Below are positions 57,971 through 64,000 of a DNA stretch of 64,000 nucleotides, in pieces. Source of the DNA: Candidatus Acidiferrum sp. (lineage in GTDB: Bacteria > Acidobacteriota > Terriglobia > Acidiferrales > UBA7541); NCBI GenBank assembly GCA_035313865.1, contig DATFZY010000035.1:466-64465 (forward strand), given 5' to 3'. The translations under genes were made by a program, and so were the position numbers. The notes below the pieces were generated by a model, which worked only from the letters and a program-made list of their open reading frames with translations, had not been told where the DNA came from and did not search any database. Numbering within the stretch: position 1 is the first letter of the stretch; each line of letters opens with the position of its first letter.

Positions 57971-58575
57971 GTCGTCCCTCCCGCAGCCAGCGCACTTTTC
58001 CCCTCCAGCGCCTGCCGAAGTTCATGCCGCGCACGCAGCAGCACGACGCCCACGAAGGCGCGCCGCACGCCGAGCTCGTCGGCAATTTCGTCATAACTCA
58101 TGTCCGAGTAATACCGCATTACCAGCGCCATGCGCGCCCGCGCCCCCATCTTGCCGAGGGCGCTGCGCACTTCCTCGCTGGTCTTCTGCTCAATCAGCCG
58201 GTCCAACTGGCTTGGGTCGGGATGCTCCAGAGGCACCTCGTCCACGTCTTCGGTCTCTTTGTCCTGGCGTATTTTGCGCCGCCGCAATATATCCCAACAA
58301 TGGTTTGCCGCCACCCTGTAAAGCCAGGCGGAGAAGGATCGAGTCTCGTCGTACTGGCTCAGATTCTTCTGCAGCTTGATGAAAATATCCATGGTGGCGT
58401 CTTCGGCGTCTTCCCGCGTCGGCAGAGCCCTCCTGCAAAAGCGAAAGATAGCCGGCGCAAAATCCCTATACAACTGGCCCCAAGCGTCGTTATCCCCTGC
58501 ACGAGCCCGGGCAACAGCTTCCGTGGTCTCCGTCATTCCCGGCACGCTCATCGGGCCTGGTCTCAGCGGTTCCAT
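57967..58575 (-). CDS. ECF RNA polymerase sigma factor
   Basis: AEDAT.D.F.K, FSAWLYRVAAN.C.D.LRRR, MSYDEIA..LG...L.RAR. Confidence 0.93.
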   Translation of the reverse strand: MEPLRPGPMSVPGMTETTEAVARARAGDNDAWGQLYRDFAPAIFRFCRRALPTREDAEDATMDIFIKLQKNLSQYDETRSFSAWLYRVAANHCWDILRRRKIRQDKETEDVDEVPLEHPDPSQLDRLIEQKTSEEVRSALGKMGARARMALVMRYYSDMSYDEIADELGVRRAFVGVVLLRARHELRQALEGKSALAAGGTT

Positions 58576-58582
58576 AGACTAG

Positions 58583-58609
58583 TACGCAGGGGAGCCCCAA
58601 AAACTTACA
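58583..58609 (-). promoter_or_regulatory. Putative autoregulatory ECF promoter, near-leaderless
   Basis: Minus strand TGTAAG-17 nt-CGTA, ending 7 nt before ATG 58575. Confidence 0.45.
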
Positions 58610-58726
58610 CGATTTTCGCAAATAGCAATATCGCGGAACGGGGCTATCTCGTCTGTGTTCAACACTCTACCAGAAATGTTGGGCGAATCTGCGAGGAGGC
58701 AGCAATAACGGGGGAGTGCGGAGGCG

Positions 58727-58796
58727 GTTGAGGGTTAAAAGTTCAAGGTTTAAGAGTTCAAGACCAAGAGCTAGGAGTCCAGGGTTCCAGGGTCCA
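58727..58796 (+). repeat. Degenerate 8-mer array (GTTCAAGA-like)
   Basis: gttgaggg ttaaaa gttcaagg tttaaga gttcaaga ... gtccaggg ttccaggg tcca; reverse-complement type of 8021-8055. Confidence 0.5.
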
Positions 58797-59019
58797 ATGC
58801 TTGGAACAGGAGCAGGGTCGAGGGAATGGAGGACATGGCGCCCGGCCTCGGCGGCTTCGGACGCGGGTGAGTAAGTTAAGTTGATTCAATCTTCAAGACC
58901 ATCAAATCGAAAACTTTGGATTGACAGTCCAATATGGAAAGGTGTTAGGTATATGGCAACCGAGGGGTGGTCAACCAAAATTTTTGCCGAGGAACATTCG
59001 ACTGAGGAGGGGTGTTTTT

Positions 59020-62000
59020 ATGCACGATAAGAATCGAAGAGAATCCAGGGGATTCTGGTACGCACTTTTACGGGTGGGAACAGTTGCGCTTGCGCTCGCT
59101 CTCCTGGTGCTGCCGGGATACGCACAGACATTCCGCGGGGCTATCAATGGCACGGTAACGGATCCATCGGGAGCCGTCATTCCCAATGCGCAAGTAAGAG
59201 CAACTGAAGTAGCGACCGGGATTGACCACAACGGCGTTACGACCAACGACGGCCAGTTTTCGTTCCAGGACATTCCGCTGGGATTCTACAAAGTCACGGT
59301 AACGGCGACCGGATTCCCCGTGTATACCGTGGATAAGGTCGAAGTCATCGCAGGCACCATCTACACGCTGCAGATCAAGCTGACGATGCAGGCGCAGGCC
59401 ACCACGGTAGAGGTCTCGGCTGCTGCTCTTGCTCTGGATACCACCACGCAAACGCAGACCATGACGATCAACGAAGATATCGTCCAAAACATGCCTCTGA
59501 ACGGACGCGATTTCACGCAATTGATTTCCATCGAACCCGGCTTTGGGGGCTACAACGTGGGAGGGTTCGGCTCACTCAACGGGACAAGGCCCAATCAAAT
59601 CAATTGGCAGATCGACGGCGTGGACAACAACGATTTCTGGCACAACATTCCGGCCGTCAATCAAGGCGGCGTTTCCGGAATTGCCGGCGTGGTCCTTCCG
59701 ATCGACTCGGTTACGGAATTCTCCGCGCAGACCTCATCGGGCCCGGAGGGCGGGCGGAACGCGGGCGGCACGGTAAACGTGGTTACCAAATCCGGCGGCA
59801 ACGATCTTCATGGCTCCGCGTACTACTACAACCGCAACGAGGCGTTCGGCGATCCTTCGCCATTCTTCGCGCCCAGCCCAGAGGTTCCCAAAGCGCCGCC
59901 CGAGCGCAACGAAAATTACGGATTCTCTCTCGGCGGGCCAATCCTCAAGAACAAGCTCTTCTACTTTGCGAACTACGAGAAACAGCAGTTCATTTTCGGA
60001 CTCTCGGGCGTGGCGACGGAACCTTCCAGCGCATGGATCACGCAGGCGCAGGCCCTCTTGGCCAACACAGGCGATCAGTTCGGCACATATGCTCCTGTTA
60101 CGCCAAGCGCGGTATCGGCAAGCCTGATTGGTCCTAATGGCTTGTGGCCGCAGAAAACCATTAGTAGTCTCCCATTCGCACCGGACAATTTCTTTAGCCC
60201 GAGCGCGGAGACAGGGTATAGCTACAATGGCGTTGCCAGGGTGGACTACGAGATCAGCTCGAAACATCACCTCTATTTGCGCGCGTTCGGTGGCCAGGGA
60301 AGCCAAACCGCTCCTCTGGGTGGCAGCCCTGCCCTGGGAACGGCGAGTTCAAACCTGGACTACTACTTTGAGGTTGCTCCCATCCACGTATTTAACTACT
60401 CGGCGGTCTTGAACTCCACGCTGACGAGTACGATCACCAACCAACTGCTCTTCGGAGCCAACTACTTCAACCAGCTGTTTCACGACAACAATAATAGCTT
60501 CAACACCAAGGATCTGGGACTGTACCTGAGTCCGGATGCGACCAGCCACGGCCAGTACATTCTCGGAGCTCCGAACATAGTTATTGCACCGCCCTCGTCA
60601 AGCGGATCTGGTGGATTCGAACAAATCGGACTGACGCCACCAGAAGGCCGCAGTGACCTGACCTGGCATATAACCGACATCGTTTCGCAGACGTGGGGAG
60701 CGCACCAGTTCCGCTACGGAGCGGAAGTGCGGCGCGCGACGCTGGATGAGTTCTATCATCGGCGCGGAACGGGACAATTCATCTTTGACGGAAGCGCGGG
60801 GCCCTGGGCCACCAGTCTGGCCGCGCCTTGCACAGCCAACACGACCTCGCCTCTTGTGTGCGCCTTGGCCGACTTTCTTGCCGGCGATGTGTCCGCCTGC
60901 GACACGACACATCTCCAAGCGGGCAATATCTGCGGTTCAACCATCGCAGTAGGAAACCCGGAGCGGTTTGTTCATGTGACGGCCTTCAATGCCTACTTCG
61001 AGGACTCTTGGCAATTCAACAAGAGACTCACCTTCAATTACGGCCTGCGCTACGAATACTTCGGGCCCATGGGTGACGACCACAACGACATCGCGAACTT
61101 CAATCCTGCAAGCGGGTTCGTGATTCAAAACGGCAGCCACCCGCTGTTCAACCCCGGCAAGGATCATTTCGCTCCGCGCGTCGGCTTCGCCTATCAGCCC
61201 ACTTCCAAGGGAGACCTGGTGGTGCGCGGCGGTTTCGGCGTGTTCTACGATCAAATCAACCTGAACCCGTTCCTGGATTTCCGGCCGCCGGTGGCGGCGC
61301 CTCAAGGAATTGAAGGCAATCCGGTGGGAGCCAATCCGGTTTCCACGTACAGCCTGAGCGGCTACAACTGGGATGCGGTGCAGACCGGAGGTGCTTCGAT
61401 TTTCCCCGGCGTTCGCACCTGCTCGACGCTGAACTTCAACACGCAGTCTGCGACCGACAACTGCGGAATACCCAACTACGTGTCGGGAGCGAACCTCTAC
61501 GGCGTTTACTCCGTCAGCCCGAATTTCCGCACTCCGTATTTCTTTAACTTCAACCTGCAAGTCGAGAAGAGCTTCGGCAGTCTCGGAGTCCTCCAGGTTG
61601 GATACGTGGGCAGCGAAGGGCGCAAACTGAATATCGTGAGCAACATCAACCCGGCGGGCGGCGGCGCCGCCGATCCGCTCTTCGGGCCGCTCAATACGGC
61701 CTATCCCAACGTCGGCAACGTGCTGCAGCTCAACACAATTGGCACATCGAACTACAATTCATTGCAATCCACCTTCCGGCTGCGATCGTGGCACGGTCTG
61801 ACGTCGCAGGTTGCGTATACGTGGTCGCATGCCTTGGACGAAGTCAGCGAGTATCGTGGCGCGATCTTGACCGACTACACCGATCCCAAACTGGACTACG
61901 GAAACAGCGATTTCGACACGCGGAATCTCTTCACCGTGGCCTTAACGTATGACGTTCCAAAGGCGCCGTGGGCATCTTCCAACTGGTCGAAGCGCGTCTT

Positions 62001-62514
62001 CAACGGCTGGCAACTCAGCAGCGTTATGAACTGGCACAGCGGACAGCCTTCCGACGAAACGCGGCTTGGCCTGGACTTGATTGGCAATCCCTACGCGGGA
62101 GTCAGTCACAGCTTCAGCTCGAGCATACCGGGCGTCCAATGGTGGAACCCGGATGCGTTCTGCTCACCTGGCGGATCGGCTTGCCCAGGCACGACGGACG
62201 ACCTTGCTCGCAATAAGTTCACTGGACCGGGTTTCAGCGATGTCGACCTGTCGTTCATCAAGAACATCCCAATCACGGAACGCGTCAGAATCCAGCTCCG
62301 CGCAGACGTGTTTAACCTGTTCAACCGCATCAACTTCGCCTCCGGCGTGGGATCGGTGAACAGCGTATGCGCAGCCAACGCTGTAACCGGAGTCTGCACC
62401 GGGAATAGCGGGTTCGGAACGGTGACGGACACCATCGGCGACTTCAACGGGGCACCTGCTATCGGCCCTGGTGAAGCGCGGAACATTCAGCTTGTTGGAA
62501 AGATCATTTTCTAA
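59020..62514 (+). CDS. TonB-dependent receptor (Oar-like, carboxypeptidase-regulatory-like N-domain)
   Basis: Signal peptide, GTVTDPSGAVIP.A, MPLNGRDF, IDGVDNN, TKSG.N..HGS, GLRYEY, FAPRVGFAY, C-terminal R.IQL..K..F; GAGGAGG RBS. Confidence 0.93.
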   Translation: MHDKNRRESRGFWYALLRVGTVALALALLVLPGYAQTFRGAINGTVTDPSGAVIPNAQVRATEVATGIDHNGVTTNDGQFSFQDIPLGFYKVTVTATGFPVYTVDKVEVIAGTIYTLQIKLTMQAQATTVEVSAAALALDTTTQTQTMTINEDIVQNMPLNGRDFTQLISIEPGFGGYNVGGFGSLNGTRPNQINWQIDGVDNNDFWHNIPAVNQGGVSGIAGVVLPIDSVTEFSAQTSSGPEGGRNAGGTVNVVTKSGGNDLHGSAYYYNRNEAFGDPSPFFAPSPEVPKAPPERNENYGFSLGGPILKNKLFYFANYEKQQFIFGLSGVATEPSSAWITQAQALLANTGDQFGTYAPVTPSAVSASLIGPNGLWPQKTISSLPFAPDNFFSPSAETGYSYNGVARVDYEISSKHHLYLRAFGGQGSQTAPLGGSPALGTASSNLDYYFEVAPIHVFNYSAVLNSTLTSTITNQLLFGANYFNQLFHDNNNSFNTKDLGLYLSPDATSHGQYILGAPNIVIAPPSSSGSGGFEQIGLTPPEGRSDLTWHITDIVSQTWGAHQFRYGAEVRRATLDEFYHRRGTGQFIFDGSAGPWATSLAAPCTANTTSPLVCALADFLAGDVSACDTTHLQAGNICGSTIAVGNPERFVHVTAFNAYFEDSWQFNKRLTFNYGLRYEYFGPMGDDHNDIANFNPASGFVIQNGSHPLFNPGKDHFAPRVGFAYQPTSKGDLVVRGGFGVFYDQINLNPFLDFRPPVAAPQGIEGNPVGANPVSTYSLSGYNWDAVQTGGASIFPGVRTCSTLNFNTQSATDNCGIPNYVSGANLYGVYSVSPNFRTPYFFNFNLQVEKSFGSLGVLQVGYVGSEGRKLNIVSNINPAGGGAADPLFGPLNTAYPNVGNVLQLNTIGTSNYNSLQSTFRLRSWHGLTSQVAYTWSHALDEVSEYRGAILTDYTDPKLDYGNSDFDTRNLFTVALTYDVPKAPWASSNWSKRVFNGWQLSSVMNWHSGQPSDETRLGLDLIGNPYAGVSHSFSSSIPGVQWWNPDAFCSPGGSACPGTTDDLARNKFTGPGFSDVDLSFIKNIPITERVRIQLRADVFNLFNRINFASGVGSVNSVCAANAVTGVCTGNSGFGTVTDTIGDFNGAPAIGPGEARNIQLVGKIIF

Positions 62515-62545
62515 CGACTGCGGCTCGCTAAACTAACTACTTTCC

Positions 62546-62589
62546 GAAAGCGCCTCGACACTTCGTGCCGGGGCGCTTTCGTTTTCTTT
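62546..62589 (+). terminator. Intrinsic terminator
   Basis: GAAAGCGCCTCGACAC-TTC-GTGCCGGGGCGCTTTC followed by GTTTTCTTT. Confidence 0.75.
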
Positions 62590-62640
62590 GGGAGCGGGTG
62601 GGGATTCGCGGGATTTGTGATCGCGGCTGGGCTTGAAGAG

Positions 62641-62663
62641 GGAGGGGCAAGCCCCTCCCCTAC
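62641..62663 (-). repeat. GTAG REP-like palindrome
   Basis: GGAGGGGCAAGCCCCTCCCCTAC; a related degenerate copy starts at 44734. Confidence 0.65.
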
Positions 62664-62795
62664 GAATACACAAGGCACGGTTCGATTGAGTTGCCGGCGT
62701 TAGGGAGGCAGGGCTTGGATGCGGTACAGTTGAGAGTTGCAGCGTTGTTGCGGTTCTTGACTGTCCGCGGCGGCTTGCGTCCGATACTCTTTTAA

Positions 62796-64000
62796 ATGAC
62801 CCAAACACTTCCATCGCTTGTAATTGTGGGACGGCCCAATGTGGGCAAATCCACACTTTTTAATAGATTGACGGGGACGCGGCGCTCGATTGTTACCAAT
62901 GAGCCGGGCATTACGCGCGACCGCATTTATGGGAAGGCGGAATGGCGCGGGCGGGCTTTGGAGATTGTGGATACGGGTGGAATCGTTCCCGACGACAAGG
63001 CGCTGATTCCGCAGGAGATTTTGCGGCAGGCGAACGTCGCAATCAAGAAAGCGGCCTTGCTGGTTTTGGTGGTGGATAGCCACGCAGGCATTACGCCTTT
63101 GGATCAGGAATTGGCGCGGCTTTTGCGCACGACCGGCAAGCCGTTTGTAGTGGCCGTGAACAAGGTGGATTCGACGTCGCAGGAGGTGAATGCGGCGCAG
63201 TTTCATTCGCTGGGAGCGCCAGTGTTTCCGATTGCGGCGGAGCACGGGACTGGCGTGGACGATCTTTTGGACGCGGCTTTGGCGGAAGTGGATGTTGTCG
63301 AGTCTGAGGAACAGGCCAAGCAGGAAAATGCCGTTGAAGTGGCCATCATCGGGCGGCCGAACGTGGGCAAATCTACCTTGCTGAATCGCATGGTGGGCGA
63401 GGAGCGGTCGATTGTTTCGCCGATTCCGGGGACTACGATGGACAACGTGGACACCGAGATTGTGCGCGAGGGGCATACGTACCGGTTTGTGGATACGGCG
63501 GGGATTCGACGCAAGGGGAAGACGACGCTGGTGGCGGAGAAATTGAGCGTGGTGATGGCGCGGCGCGGGTTGGAGCGGTGCGATGTGGCGCTGCTGGTGG
63601 TGGATGGGGAGCAAGGAGTGACGCAAGGCGACGCGCAGATTGCGAGTTATGCGGAGGAGTCCGGACGGTCGGTGATCATTGTTATTAATAAGTGGGATTT
63701 GGCGGTCGTGGCGGCGCGCAATGCAGCTGCTCGGGACGCGGACAGCGCCAAGGGGAAATCGAAGCGGGCGCCTGGAGAGCGGCATCGGCCGGAGGATTTC
63801 GATCCGGGGAGACTGCTTTTCGATTACGAAAAGATGATTCGCGGAAAATTGAAATTTTTGAGTTATGCGCCGATTGTTTTTCTTTCTGCTAAGACTGGCG
63901 AGCGGGCGAGCAAGCTGTATCCCTTGATTGATGAAGTGGCCGCGGCGCGGAGGAGGCATATTTCCACGCCGGAGTTGAACCGGTGGTTGAAAGAAGACGT
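62796..64000 (+). CDS. der: Ribosome biogenesis GTPase Der (3' end outside the window)
   Basis: Two GTPase domains: GRPNVGKST...PGITRD...DTGG...NKVD and GRPNVGKST...DTAG...NKWD; absent from the ORF track because the stop lies outside the window. Confidence 0.96.
   Translation, partial: MTQTLPSLVIVGRPNVGKSTLFNRLTGTRRSIVTNEPGITRDRIYGKAEWRGRALEIVDTGGIVPDDKALIPQEILRQANVAIKKAALLVLVVDSHAGITPLDQELARLLRTTGKPFVVAVNKVDSTSQEVNAAQFHSLGAPVFPIAAEHGTGVDDLLDAALAEVDVVESEEQAKQENAVEVAIIGRPNVGKSTLLNRMVGEERSIVSPIPGTTMDNVDTEIVREGHTYRFVDTAGIRRKGKTTLVAEKLSVVMARRGLERCDVALLVVDGEQGVTQGDAQIASYAEESGRSVIIVINKWDLAVVAARNAAARDADSAKGKSKRAPGERHRPEDFDPGRLLFDYEKMIRGKLKFLSYAPIVFLSAKTGERASKLYPLIDEVAAARRRHISTPELNRWLKED

Noticed and set aside
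58921-58955. Sigma70 promoter for the TonB-dependent receptor
   Set aside because: TTGACA is perfect, but there is no convincing -10 at 16-18 nt spacing.

Overview
A GC-rich bacterial chromosomal segment, most consistent with Acidobacteriota (Terriglobia-like). This is inferred from gene content: a carboxypeptidase-domain TonB-dependent receptor, a PadR/membrane-protein pair, a DUF5666 lipoprotein and ECF/zf-HC2 operons. Housekeeping genes are dnaJ-hspR, a DnaC-like ATPase, rpsA-ihfB, recG-rsmD, queD/E/C, dinG and der, alongside two ECF sigma/anti-sigma loci. The standout is a compact lasso-peptide (RiPP) gene cluster on the minus strand at 36.5-42.7 kb. Its gene order is RRE (B1), leader peptidase (B2), lasso cyclase (C), a 50-aa precursor missing from the ORF track (39958..40110; predicted core AKTNKGTLDGAKTPINMRKTG), an HPr-kinase-like kinase, a PRMT-fold methyltransferase with altered active-site motifs and an RRE-like tail, and a nucleotidyltransferase. 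A divergent ABC exporter lies next to it. Other notable observations are a three-copy ~115-bp element made of three alternating 24-bp sites with invariant 69-bp spacing, many GTAG-type REP palindromes, patches of strong strand compositional skew that flip independently of gene orientation, a frameshifted HicA remnant, and a secreted-protein gene with an amber stop right after its signal peptide. No tRNA, rRNA, CRISPR array or transposase was recognised. All family assignments are by-eye motif recognition, not database hits.
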